Translations under genes and position numbers: made by a program
Notes under the pieces: generated by a model
What the model saw: only the letters and a program-made list of their open reading frames with translations
Told to the model about the DNA's origin: nothing
The model's database searches: none
DNA from: an uncultured Nitrospiraceae bacterium
Lineage (GTDB): Bacteria > Nitrospirota > Thermodesulfovibrionia > Thermodesulfovibrionales > SM23-35
Assembly (NCBI GenBank): GCA_963727775.1
Contig: CAVSHB010000003.1
Coordinates: 384,001-448,000, forward strand
Reading direction: 5' to 3'
Length of the DNA: 64,000 nucleotides
In this document: positions 21,331 through 31,044 of the stretch, in pieces
Position numbering within the stretch: the first letter of the stretch is position 1
Layout: each line of letters opens with the position of its first letter

Positions 21331-21624
21331 TTATTGTTTCAAGATTACGATTGTAGCACCCCAACTGCCACTGGTCTCTCCCGCCAAGCCGAATGAAACA
21401 ACCTCAGGCAGACGCTTAAGAATGGAATGAACGGTCTCCCGGAGAGCGCCAGTTCCTTTTCCATGGATAATACGAACTTCAAGGATTCCTTTTTCCCGGC
21501 ATAATGTGAGATATTCCGGCAGGAGGTCTTTTACCTCGCGGGGATGAAAGGTGTGCAGATCCAAAGTCCCGTCAATCGGCAGTTCAACCGGTTCCAAATT
21601 ATCTTCTCGGCGATCCTTGTTCAT
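21331..21624 (-). CDS. Smr/MutS2 domain protein
   Basis: LDLHTF, IIHGKGTGALR, WGATIV. Confidence 0.92.
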   Translation of the reverse strand: MNKDRREDNLEPVELPIDGTLDLHTFHPREVKDLLPEYLTLCREKGILEVRIIHGKGTGALRETVHSILKRLPEVVSFGLAGETSGSWGATIVILKQ

Positions 21625-21769
21625 TTTTATTGAATTGAGGGGTACTACCTTTGAAGTACTTCAATCTGCCCTTTCATGCCAAAGAAGGGATGAAACGGTT
21701 TGTCGCAATAAAAGTTGTATATACCGGTTTCCGACGTTATTTTTTGCCATCAAGTTGTTAAATTAATTT

Positions 21770-23296
21770 CTAAGCCATTTGCAATGAGAGGTATTTTAAT
21801 TTTTTTATTGCGTTTACCTCGATCTGCCGTATTCTTTCACGTGTGACATCAAACTGCATCCCCACCTCTTCAAGGGTATGAGGGGCGTCTTCACCAATCC
21901 CGTACCTTTTTCTGATGATCGTTTCTTCCCTTGGCGGCAATGAGCTCAAAATTATTTCCAACTTTTCTTTCATGTCATTCTGAAGTACGGAATCAAGCGG
22001 GGACAATGAAGCCTTATCTTCTATAAAGTCTTTAAGAAAGCTATCTTCGTCTCCGATTGGCGTTTCCAGAGAGATAGGTTCTTTTGATATCTTCAGTATC
22101 TCGTTTACCTTTTCAGTAGGAATTTTTGATCTCTCGGTGATTTCACCAGGTGTCGGCTCCTTACCTATCTCCTGTACGAGTTCCCTTGATACTTTTATTA
22201 TCTTATTGATCGTTTCGACCATATGAACAGGAATTCTTATTGTTCTTGATTGGTCCGCGAGGGACCTTGCTATCGCCTGTCTGATCCACCACGTAGCATA
22301 TGTGCTGAATTTGTATCCGCGCTTGTATTCGAACTTGTCAACAGCTCTTATGAGTCCTCTGTTTCCCTCTTGTATGAGATCCGAGAGGCTCAGTCCTCTC
22401 CCCATATAGCGCTTCGCAATATTTATGACTAGACGGAGATTCGCTTCAATTAAGGATTTTTTCGCGTCACATACCTCTTCTTCTCCCTGCATGAGCGCTC
22501 TTAATGCCTGTTGCATCTCGGCAGAAGTCATGCCGAAAAGGTCCTCTATCTGCTCTATTCTTTTTCTGTACATAAGACATTCTTTTTCTTTGTCTGTTTT
22601 TGAATTCCTTGCCTTTTTGAGTACACCTGCGGCCCTCTGCTGCAGATCGGTTACTTCAGCGACCGAATTTTTAAGTTCTTCAGAAAACGCTGTTATGACA
22701 TCCTCTTTTAATCTGAGAGCGTTTACCTTTTCAAGTATCTGTTTTCTGTTTTCTTCGAGTGAATTATGTAAGTGTCGGTAGTTTTTGGCACTTTTTATCG
22801 GTATGCGGTGTAAAGAACTTACCGGAGCAAGCATAGGCTCAGCTATATTTAGTGTTTTAAGATAAACCTTCCTTTTCTGATTCAATAGATTTATCTTTGT
22901 TGTAAGCTTATAAAAACTTTCTTTTTCCAAATGCATACCCGTTTCATTAAGGTCTTCGTTATTCTGGATGATCTCGGCAAGCGATATTTCTTCGTTTATA
23001 ACCATTTTGCCCAGAGCCGCAAGTCTTTTAAGGACAAAAGGCATTGAAAATATTATCCCGTAAACCTTCTCGTTTCCGGCTTCTATTTTCTTTGCAATCT
23101 CAACTTCGCCTTCTTTGGTAAGCAGCGGCACACCTCGTATTTCCCTCAGATATATACGAACAAGATCTTTTTCGCCTTCGATGTAAGGTGTTGCCACAGC
23201 TTTGTCTTTCGGTGACTCTTCATTCACGTCTGCCTCAAAACATAGAGTATCCGCATCCTTATCATAGCCGTCAAACCTGTCAAAATAATTTTTCAT
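21770..23296 (-). CDS. Sigma-70 family factor, RpoD paralog apparently lacking region 1.1
   Basis: [10 protein letters not shown] (1.2), [45 protein letters not shown]. Confidence 0.93.
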   Translation of the reverse strand: MKNYFDRFDGYDKDADTLCFEADVNEESPKDKAVATPYIEGEKDLVRIYLREIRGVPLLTKEGEVEIAKKIEAGNEKVYGIIFSMPFVLKRLAALGKMVINEEISLAEIIQNNEDLNETGMHLEKESFYKLTTKINLLNQKRKVYLKTLNIAEPMLAPVSSLHRIPIKSAKNYRHLHNSLEENRKQILEKVNALRLKEDVITAFSEELKNSVAEVTDLQQRAAGVLKKARNSKTDKEKECLMYRKRIEQIEDLFGMTSAEMQQALRALMQGEEEVCDAKKSLIEANLRLVINIAKRYMGRGLSLSDLIQEGNRGLIRAVDKFEYKRGYKFSTYATWWIRQAIARSLADQSRTIRIPVHMVETINKIIKVSRELVQEIGKEPTPGEITERSKIPTEKVNEILKISKEPISLETPIGDEDSFLKDFIEDKASLSPLDSVLQNDMKEKLEIILSSLPPREETIIRKRYGIGEDAPHTLEEVGMQFDVTRERIRQIEVNAIKKLKYLSLQMA

Positions 23297-23371
23297 AAGA
23301 TGTCTCCCTTACGTAAAGCTGTCGGTAAAATGATTTATGCCTAAAAGGGCACGAGTATGTCATAGATATAG

Positions 23372-23388
23372 AGCAAAAGGAATGCCAA
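23372..23388 (-). promoter_or_regulatory. Sigma54 (-24/-12) promoter upstream of the sigma-70 paralog
   Basis: TTGGCATTCCTTTTGCT: GG-N10-GC with TGGCA and TTGC. Confidence 0.75.
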
Positions 23389-23609
23389 CGCAGAATATAT
23401 TGATTTAATTGACTTTTACGAAAAACGCAAGTAATTCAATCGGGCAATTTGCTGTTTCCCGTTGCATATTGCCTTATGGGGTATAAGAAATCAGCCTATC
23501 CAACAATAAGCTGATCGGAGAGAGTGATATTTCTATAATGAAAGTGATATAATTGCAGAACAAATTTTGGTAATAAATAAAGTTGCAGAGTGGAAAGAAG
23601 GACATAAAT

Positions 23610-24029
23610 ATGAAGCGTGCATTAATAGTTCTTATGTCAGTGTTATTCCTGGTCGCCTGTGGGGGAAAGGAAGTTAAAAAAGTATCTCCGGAGTCAAAGT
23701 TAGTGCAGGAGGCCTTCGAATTTGCAGAGACCTTTAAAGCCGCATATCTGAAGAACGACCGGGCAACTCTTGAGAAAAATTCTACGCAGGAAGGCTATAA
23801 AGAGCTTATCGGGGGTATAAAGAATTTTAGCAGCGCTGAATTGACTTTGACCCCGACATGGGTAGAAATACAGGATTCAACGGTTAAACTTACTGTTTCA
23901 TGGAAAGGCACATGGATGGTCACCGGTAAGACGACTGAAGATAGAGGCATTGCAATCTTCGTGCTTGAGGGCAGCCCCTTAAAACTTGTCCAGATACAGA
24001 GAGCGAACCCGTTCCGGCAGCCTGAGTAA
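23610..24029 (+). CDS. Hypothetical lipoprotein
   Basis: MKR-hydrophobic-LVAC lipobox. Confidence 0.75.
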   Translation: MKRALIVLMSVLFLVACGGKEVKKVSPESKLVQEAFEFAETFKAAYLKNDRATLEKNSTQEGYKELIGGIKNFSSAELTLTPTWVEIQDSTVKLTVSWKGTWMVTGKTTEDRGIAIFVLEGSPLKLVQIQRANPFRQPE

Positions 24030-24065
24030 TATAATAAATAACAGATAATTTTTCTCGATGAGACC

Positions 24066-24284
24066 TTACCCGCAGGAACTGCAAGAAGTTTTGCTGCAGG
24101 ACCTGCACCCGGTTGAAGCAGCTGTGCCGGCGAGGGGTCTTTCCGTCCCGGCGGAACAGAAGACGGAAAACTTCTTCGTCACCTTTGTTGCCTTGCATTT
24201 AGGGCAGTTTACTTCCTGGTCGCAGAAAACAAGCTTCTCGAAATCTTCACCGCATTTGTCACACTTATATTCATAAATCGGCAT
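24066..24284 (-). CDS. FmdB-family zinc ribbon protein
   Basis: MPIYEYKCDKCG..FE...CPKC. Confidence 0.9.
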   Translation of the reverse strand: MPIYEYKCDKCGEDFEKLVFCDQEVNCPKCKATKVTKKFSVFCSAGTERPLAGTAASTGCRSCSKTSCSSCG

Positions 24285-24368
24285 TAGAATATCTCCTTTA
24301 TGTTGAGATTAAGGTTTAGGTTGAGAGTGACAAATTGCTCTTTTAATATCAGCCTTACCCTTGATCTT

Positions 24369-25016
24369 TTACTTTTTCGGCACCTTCTCCCAGTCCTTCA
24401 GGAACCGCGCTATTCCTATGTCCGTTAAGGGGTGCTTTATAAGTTGTATTATAACAGAATAGGGTATTGTCGCGATATGAGCGCCCATCCTGGCAGCCTC
24501 CATAACATGCAACGGGTTCCTCACGCTGGCTACAATCACCTCTGTGTCGAACATATAATTTTCGTATATCTCTAAAATATCACTCACTATATCCATCCCA
24601 TTGTGGCTGATGTCGTCGAGTCTTCCGACAAAAGGGCTTACGTATGTTGCTCCCGCTTTTGCAGCAAGCAGGGCCTGGTTCGGAGAAAAAACGAGGGTCA
24701 CATTCGTCTTAATCCCCATCCCGGATAATTTTTTGACGGCCTTAAGCCCTTCTTCGATCATCGGTATTTTTATCACAATATTCTCGTGGATTTTCGAAAG
24801 GACTTCAGCTTCCTCGGCCATTTGATCCGCGGTCATACTCACTGCCTCGGCACTCACAGGACCGTTGACTATACTGCAGATTTCCTTCAGCAATGAAACG
24901 GGGTCTTTGGCTTCCTTTGAAATGAGGGAAGGGTTTGTTGTTACTCCATCTATTACACCAAGCTCCCAGGCCTTCTTAATCTCTTCGGTGTTCGCGGTAT
25001 CGATAAAAAATTTCAT
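24369..25016 (-). CDS. tal: Transaldolase / fructose-6-phosphate aldolase family
   Basis: [38 protein letters not shown]. Confidence 0.93.
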   Translation of the reverse strand: MKFFIDTANTEEIKKAWELGVIDGVTTNPSLISKEAKDPVSLLKEICSIVNGPVSAEAVSMTADQMAEEAEVLSKIHENIVIKIPMIEEGLKAVKKLSGMGIKTNVTLVFSPNQALLAAKAGATYVSPFVGRLDDISHNGMDIVSDILEIYENYMFDTEVIVASVRNPLHVMEAARMGAHIATIPYSVIIQLIKHPLTDIGIARFLKDWEKVPKK

Positions 25017-25104
25017 GTGTCCCCCTTAATAAATTATAAAGTTTTCAGAAGTTCCATTATACTATAAAAACATATATTGAAATGAAAAGGAGAAGATCGG
25101 GCTG

Positions 25105-25782
25105 ATGGAATGCAGCAGAAAGATTTTGGGGTTGATGTTCATGATAATTTTTTTTGTATTATCTGCACCCCCGGCAAAGAATTCGCATGCGGCTACTATC
25201 GATGAATTGATAGTGGACCTTAAAAGCAAAGACCTGCAGACACAGCAATCGGCAATAGAAGAATTAGGCAGGATGAGGGACGGCAAAAGCGTCGATGAAC
25301 TTATAAGGTTTGTTTTTACAAGGGCAGAGGATTGGAAACTAAAAATCAAGGCAATCCTTTTGCTCGGCGAGATTGATGATCCGGTAATAGCGGACAGACT
25401 CGTTACGGTTTTTAACAACCCCTTTATTAACGAAACATGTCCTGCGATAAGGCGAAATACCGCACTTGCCCTTGGGAAAGAATTTAATAAGGGGTCACGG
25501 GCGGTAGAGTCTTTGATAGATGCATTAGATGATAGTGATATTCTTGTCAGGGAAGCTGCTATACAGTCGCTTGGGAAAATCGGTGACTCAAAAGCCGTAC
25601 CATTTTTAATTCCTGAGTTGGATAACCGGAGCTTTGCCATAAAATTCAGTGCGATTAAGGCCCTCGAAAACATAGGCGATGCACGGGCAAAACCTTTTAT
25701 AAAACGGGTTGCAGATACCGATTATGATCCATATTTGAAAGAGGCCGCTTTATCGGCCTTAAGAAAATTCAGGCCGGATTGA
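25105..25782 (+). CDS. Exported HEAT-repeat protein
   Basis: Signal peptide; repeated VREAAIQSLGKIGD-type units. Confidence 0.85.
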   Translation: MECSRKILGLMFMIIFFVLSAPPAKNSHAATIDELIVDLKSKDLQTQQSAIEELGRMRDGKSVDELIRFVFTRAEDWKLKIKAILLLGEIDDPVIADRLVTVFNNPFINETCPAIRRNTALALGKEFNKGSRAVESLIDALDDSDILVREAAIQSLGKIGDSKAVPFLIPELDNRSFAIKFSAIKALENIGDARAKPFIKRVADTDYDPYLKEAALSALRKFRPD

Positions 25783-25864
25783 GATATATCAATAGTTGTG
25801 ATTATATATCAGTTAACGTAGAATAATGAGCAACAGTTTCCGACTGAAATAAAAGGATGCTTGG

Positions 25865-26389
25865 ATGAGCACGTTCTGGGAAAATATCTTTAAGTTCCGT
25901 CAAAAAAAAGTTCATGAAATAGATAAAATCCTCTTAAAAATACCTATATTTCACGATTTGAACCACCGTGAACTGAGACAGATTAAAGATATCCTGCATC
26001 GACGGGAATACAACAAGCATGAGGTAATCTTTAATCAGGGTGATGTCGGACTTGGGATGTATATTATTGAAAAAGGCACGGTCAACATTGTAGCTGAACC
26101 GGAAAGTCAACTGCTGGCAAAATTAAGTGACGGAGATTTTTTCGGAGAATTAGCCCTCCTGGATGACGCTCCGAGAAGCGCATCTGCAGTTACGGAAACG
26201 CCCTGTACAATGTTATGTTTTTTCAAACCTGAACTCCTTGATCTTATTGACCGTAACCCTAAACTTGGATCAAAAGTATTATTTCGGCTGGCCTGGACGA
26301 TCGGAGAACGTTTAAAGACCACTAACGAGCAAATAAAGGAATTGAGCAGCTTAACCCAACAAGACCAACAGATAGTAAAAGAAAAATAA
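25865..26389 (+). CDS. Cyclic nucleotide-binding domain protein
   Basis: IFNQGD, GDFFGELALL...PRSASA. Confidence 0.9.
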   Translation: MSTFWENIFKFRQKKVHEIDKILLKIPIFHDLNHRELRQIKDILHRREYNKHEVIFNQGDVGLGMYIIEKGTVNIVAEPESQLLAKLSDGDFFGELALLDDAPRSASAVTETPCTMLCFFKPELLDLIDRNPKLGSKVLFRLAWTIGERLKTTNEQIKELSSLTQQDQQIVKEK

Positions 26390-27426
26390 TGAAAAACAGA
26401 AGAGGATACTTCATCAAAATATCACTTTTTTCGATTTTTGCTCTCCTAAGCCTATCAATTCTTGCTGCTGTCTCCACTATCGTAAAATTGGTAATAATCT
26501 CTGCACTTCTGGCATATGTTTTAGACCCTGTCGCAAAGTTCTTTGAATCCCATGGAATGAGCCGAACATCTGCAACGGTTACCATTTTTTTATTCATTTT
26601 TGCATTTGCCGGTATTTCATATGTCGTTTTTTTGCCGTTGCTATCCGAAGAAATAACGGCTCTTCAGAGGGGGTTTAATCCTGAACAGGCAGGGGTGATG
26701 ATCTCCCGTCTCGAAAACTTTCTTATTACGAACCTCGCTTTTCTTGGTGTAAAGGATTTACACCTTTTAAGCAGGATACAGAATGACATGGCGAAGGCAG
26801 GAGACTGGATTTTTACTCATTTTCTGGATGCTGCTTCTGTAATCACCAGTATGATTCTAATCCCTTTTATCGTTTTTTTCCTTATGAGAGACGGGCGCGA
26901 ATTTAAAAAGGCTTTTGTCGGCATTATGCCCAACCGGTATTTCGAATTCACTCTCTATTTAATTTATAAATTGAACACACAGATAGGGAACTATCTGCGG
27001 GGCCAACTGATTGACGCAGCGATAGTGGGTATACTCTCTGTTTTTGCATTATGGCTGCTTGGGGTTAAATATTTTTTTATTATCGGGGTATTTGCCGGAC
27101 TGGCGAATCTCATCCCGTATTTCGGTCCGATTATAGGGGCAGCGCTCGCTGTTCTTGTATCAATATTGCAGACAGGAAGCTTCCATATGGCGTTGTATGT
27201 CATCGTTGCATTCACGGTGATCAAGTTCATTGATGATTTCATTATTCAGCCCACAGTTGTCGCAAAAAGCGTTCATATGCATCCGCTGACAGTTCTGCTG
27301 TCAGTGCTTATTGGGGGCAAGGTGTTCGGTATACTCGGGATGTTGTTGTCTGTGCCGATTGTTGCTTTTATAAAAGTTGTAGCTCATGAGAGTATCATTA
27401 ATTATCACAGATACGGAGAAGTTTAA
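26389..27426 (+). CDS. AI-2E family transporter
   Basis: LAYVLDP, YLRGQL, NLIPYFGP, MHPLTVLLSVLIGG. Confidence 0.9.
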   Translation: MKNRRGYFIKISLFSIFALLSLSILAAVSTIVKLVIISALLAYVLDPVAKFFESHGMSRTSATVTIFLFIFAFAGISYVVFLPLLSEEITALQRGFNPEQAGVMISRLENFLITNLAFLGVKDLHLLSRIQNDMAKAGDWIFTHFLDAASVITSMILIPFIVFFLMRDGREFKKAFVGIMPNRYFEFTLYLIYKLNTQIGNYLRGQLIDAAIVGILSVFALWLLGVKYFFIIGVFAGLANLIPYFGPIIGAALAVLVSILQTGSFHMALYVIVAFTVIKFIDDFIIQPTVVAKSVHMHPLTVLLSVLIGGKVFGILGMLLSVPIVAFIKVVAHESIINYHRYGEV

Positions 27427-27463
27427 ACACTAACTGCATTAACAAGAAAAAACTTATTTGGCT

Positions 27464-28642
27464 CTACTGAAACAGCGCAGCCTCGATAACTTCAATGAGA
27501 TGTACTACCGGCTTATTCTTGACATCTTTCATTATTTGGAGCATGCAACCAGGGCAGGACGTAATAATCGTATCCGCTCCTGACCCGGCATAGTCCTTGA
27601 TGCATTTGTTGAGAAGTCCCTGGGAGAGTTCTTTATTAGTGAAACAGAAAATACCTGCAAAACCGCAGCATCTTTCCCCCTCGGTCTTTAAAACATCCAA
27701 CCCGATATTTTTTATAATCTCTCTGGGCTCCTTCACTACGCCGAGACCGTATTTAAGATGACAGGGGTCATGGTAGATTGCGCTTTTGAAATCGGTAAAG
27801 GGTTGTGAGAATTGGGAAGGGTCTAGCTTTTCAATTAAAAAACTCGATATGTCCATTGCCTTATCTATTCCTTCACCTGCCAATTTTTGATAATCATCCC
27901 TGATTGCAAGCGTACAAGTCGGACAGAGACTTAATACAGCTTCGACATTCAGCTTGCCGAATATGGCGAGATTTTTTTTTGCGAGTTCTACAGCTTCCTT
28001 TTCAAGGCCGAGAGTCCTTAAAGGTACCCCGCAGCATACTTCGTTTGCGGGCAGGACAACCTCGTACCCAAGTTTATACAACACATTGATGAGCGCATCT
28101 TGTAAATGAGGGTAAAGAAAATTCACAATACATCCCGTAAAGATTGCAACGCGGCCTTTCTTTTTAGAAACAGTAAAAACCCGCATGTTGTCTTCCAAAC
28201 GACGTTCAGGCAAAGGAAGCTCAGGCTGGAAAGGGAGCAGCCCTTTTTTTGACAGGTAGGGGAAAAGGATGTGTTGAGTGACGCGCAGCAGCTTGAAACT
28301 CAGTTTAGGACGTTTCGTACAGAAGCTTGTAAAAAAACGCAGATACCTTCTTTTCTTGTCGGTCTTTTTCAGAAGGCTTCTGCCGTGATAGAAGACCTCC
28401 TTTATATCAACACGGGGGGGGCACAATCCGGAGCAGGCGCCGCATAACGTACAACTGAAGATGCGGTCATTTAAAACGCCGGATGCTGCAATCTGTCCGG
28501 AGGACAAGGCACGCAGGAGCGCGATCCTTCCCCTGGCACCCATGGCCTCCGTGGAATCTTCATCGTAAGTCGGGCATATAGCCTTGCAGACTCCACAACG
28601 GACACATTTTGAGATTTCACTCAGGTATCGAGCGCTTTCCAT
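27464..28642 (-). CDS. GlcF-like (Fe-S)-binding oxidoreductase subunit
   Basis: Two CxxCxxCxxxCP motifs, two CCG domains, YHDPCHL. Confidence 0.88.
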   Translation of the reverse strand: MESARYLSEISKCVRCGVCKAICPTYDEDSTEAMGARGRIALLRALSSGQIAASGVLNDRIFSCTLCGACSGLCPPRVDIKEVFYHGRSLLKKTDKKRRYLRFFTSFCTKRPKLSFKLLRVTQHILFPYLSKKGLLPFQPELPLPERRLEDNMRVFTVSKKKGRVAIFTGCIVNFLYPHLQDALINVLYKLGYEVVLPANEVCCGVPLRTLGLEKEAVELAKKNLAIFGKLNVEAVLSLCPTCTLAIRDDYQKLAGEGIDKAMDISSFLIEKLDPSQFSQPFTDFKSAIYHDPCHLKYGLGVVKEPREIIKNIGLDVLKTEGERCCGFAGIFCFTNKELSQGLLNKCIKDYAGSGADTIITSCPGCMLQIMKDVKNKPVVHLIEVIEAALFQ

Positions 28643-29457
28643 AAACGATGATGGTCGGTCAAAACCCTGTTCATGCTGCCGCTTTGATATCCGTCGAGAT
28701 CGAGCGATATAAAGTGATAGCCAAGGGATTTTAATGTTTCAGAAATGGTCCTTCTTTTTTCAGGGACAAGCATAAGTCCGATTTCTTCTTCTCTGACTTC
28801 AATCCTCACAACATCTCCGTGGTCTCTTACCCTTACTTCACTCAAGCCGATGGACCTGAGGAAGTCCTCAGCTTTTTCCACTCTCTTTAGCGCAAGCGGC
28901 GTTATCCTGTGTCCGTATGGAATTCGTGAGGCAAGACATGCGGAAGATGGTTTGTCCCACGTTGAGAGACCAAGCTGTCTTGAAAATTCCCTGATTTCTT
29001 TTTTTGAGAATCCTGCTTCTATTAAAGGACTTCTTACAGAATACTTGAGTGCGGCCCTTTTCCCGGGCCTGAAGTCCGTTATATCGTCGGTATTACTTCC
29101 ATCAAGGACAGACCTGTATCCCTCTGATAAGGCAATAGACGCAAGTTTCTTAAAAAGCTCATCCTTGCAGAAAAAACATCTCTCAGGGGTATTGCTGATA
29201 AATTCTTCAATCTTGAGTTCTTCTGTTTTTATTGTCCTGTGCTCAATCCCGAGTTCTTTTGTCATCTCTGCCGTGGCGAGTATATCATTTTGAGGCGTTG
29301 TCTCTGAGACTGCCGTTACAGCGAGAATCCTTATGCCGGAGAGTTGCATTGACTTAAGCAACAGAGTGCTGTCTACTCCTCCGGAATAGGCAAGGAGAGC
29401 GCTCTCCATATTCTTAAGTATATTAATGAGGTCTGTTAATTTATTGTCTTCAATCAT
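28621..29457 (-). CDS. larE: ATP-dependent sulfur transferase LarE family
   Basis: AYSGGVDS, RCFFCK, DFRPG, WDKPSSACLASRIPYG, VRVRDHG, GYQSGSMN. Confidence 0.92.
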   Translation of the reverse strand: MIEDNKLTDLINILKNMESALLAYSGGVDSTLLLKSMQLSGIRILAVTAVSETTPQNDILATAEMTKELGIEHRTIKTEELKIEEFISNTPERCFFCKDELFKKLASIALSEGYRSVLDGSNTDDITDFRPGKRAALKYSVRSPLIEAGFSKKEIREFSRQLGLSTWDKPSSACLASRIPYGHRITPLALKRVEKAEDFLRSIGLSEVRVRDHGDVVRIEVREEEIGLMLVPEKRRTISETLKSLGYHFISLDLDGYQSGSMNRVLTDHHRLWKALDT

Positions 29458-29538
29458 TATGCAGGTTAAAGTCTCTCGATGATTATGAACTTCTTAGTAA
29501 GCATTTGTTAGGGATCCGGATATTGGAATTATTGTTTC

Positions 29539-31044
29539 TTATAGAACGGTGACTTCATAGTTTTCTTGGTGCAAGTTACGGTTTTCCCTAATAGTAATCT
29601 TAACGTTATATTTATTTTCTATATCCTCAATCCCCGAGCGTTCTTCATCGGATAAGAGGTCTGCGACAGAGGGATGTGCGGTGACGATAATCCCTTCTCC
29701 GCCGTGTTTTGCAAGCCTTGTCACCTTCCTGAATATTTCATAACAGAGTGTTCGCGGTGACTTGACAAAGCCCTTTCCTTCACAGTAAGGACATGATTCG
29801 CATAGGGTCCTGCCGAGACTTTCCCTGACCCTCTTTCTGGTCATTTGAATAAGCCCGAGTTCGGAGATATGAGATATGGTATTTTTTGCGCGGTCCTTTT
29901 TCATCGCGTCGATAAATGCATTGAATACCCTGTCTCTGTTTTCATATTTTTCCATATCTATGAAGTCTACTATTATGATTCCGCCGAGGTTCCTGAGTCT
30001 TATTTGGTATGCTATCTCCTTCACAGCTTCGAGGTTTGTCTTTAGTATCGTATCTTCCAGTTCCTCTTTTCCGACAAATTTGCCGGTATTAACATCGATA
30101 ACCGTCATTGCCTCTGTCTGGTCAATTACTATATATCCGCCGGATTTCAGCCAGACCTTTCTCCCCAACGCCCTGGAGATGTCAAACTCAATCCCATATG
30201 CATCGAATATGGGCTCAGTGCCTTCATACAGCTCTATCTTGCCCAGGAGCTTCTCAAAATATGTCCTGACAAAATCTTTAATCCGTTCATACTCTTCCGG
30301 TGAATCTACGATAAGCCTTTTAACATCCTGCACCATGAGGTCCCGCACGCTTCTGAAGACAAGGTCAAGGTCGCTGTAAAGCATTGTAGGGGCGGACACC
30401 CGTTCTTTTTTCTTCTGGACGGTTTCCCATAAAATATGAAGGAAATCGAGGTCCTTTAAAAGGTCTTCTTCGCCCGAACCCTCGCTTGCAGTCCTTATGA
30501 TAAGTCCGTATCCCTTTGGTTTTATCTGTTCGACAATAGTCCTGAGTCTTGTTCTTTCGGTCTCGTCTGAGATCCTCCTGGAGATGCCTACATGTTCTAC
30601 ATTAGGCATGAGAACGAGGTACCTCCCGGGTATTGTTACATATGACGTTACCCTTGCTCCCTTGCTCCCGATCGGATCTTTTGAAACCTGAACAAGGATT
30701 TCCTGTCCTTCCTGCAACAGCTCTTCTATCGTGAAGTCGGGTCTTCCCTTCTTTGAAGCCAGATCAACCGAGTCGACGTTTTCTTCTTCTTCAAAAAAGG
30801 GCGCGAATTCTTCCAGCCCTGCATGAATGTCCGTGACATACAGGAACGCTGCTTTTTCAAGCCCTATATCGACAAATGCCGATTGCATGCCGGGAAGGAT
30901 TTTTACGACCTTGCTTTTATAAATGTTTCCGACCAGGCTTGCATCGCGCTTCCTCTCGACATAGAATTCAACCACCTGGCCCCCTTCAAGCAGGCCTACC
31001 CTGATCTCATCACGCGTTGCGTTAATTAATATTTCGCTGTCCAT
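29539..31044 (-). CDS. rng: Ribonuclease G (Rne/Rng family)
   Basis: GNIYK, PGMQSAFVDIG, IDVNTG, IRLRNLGGIIIVDFIDM, CPYCEGKG. Confidence 0.95.
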   Translation of the reverse strand: MDSEILINATRDEIRVGLLEGGQVVEFYVERKRDASLVGNIYKSKVVKILPGMQSAFVDIGLEKAAFLYVTDIHAGLEEFAPFFEEEENVDSVDLASKKGRPDFTIEELLQEGQEILVQVSKDPIGSKGARVTSYVTIPGRYLVLMPNVEHVGISRRISDETERTRLRTIVEQIKPKGYGLIIRTASEGSGEEDLLKDLDFLHILWETVQKKKERVSAPTMLYSDLDLVFRSVRDLMVQDVKRLIVDSPEEYERIKDFVRTYFEKLLGKIELYEGTEPIFDAYGIEFDISRALGRKVWLKSGGYIVIDQTEAMTVIDVNTGKFVGKEELEDTILKTNLEAVKEIAYQIRLRNLGGIIIVDFIDMEKYENRDRVFNAFIDAMKKDRAKNTISHISELGLIQMTRKRVRESLGRTLCESCPYCEGKGFVKSPRTLCYEIFRKVTRLAKHGGEGIIVTAHPSVADLLSDEERSGIEDIENKYNVKITIRENRNLHQENYEVTVL

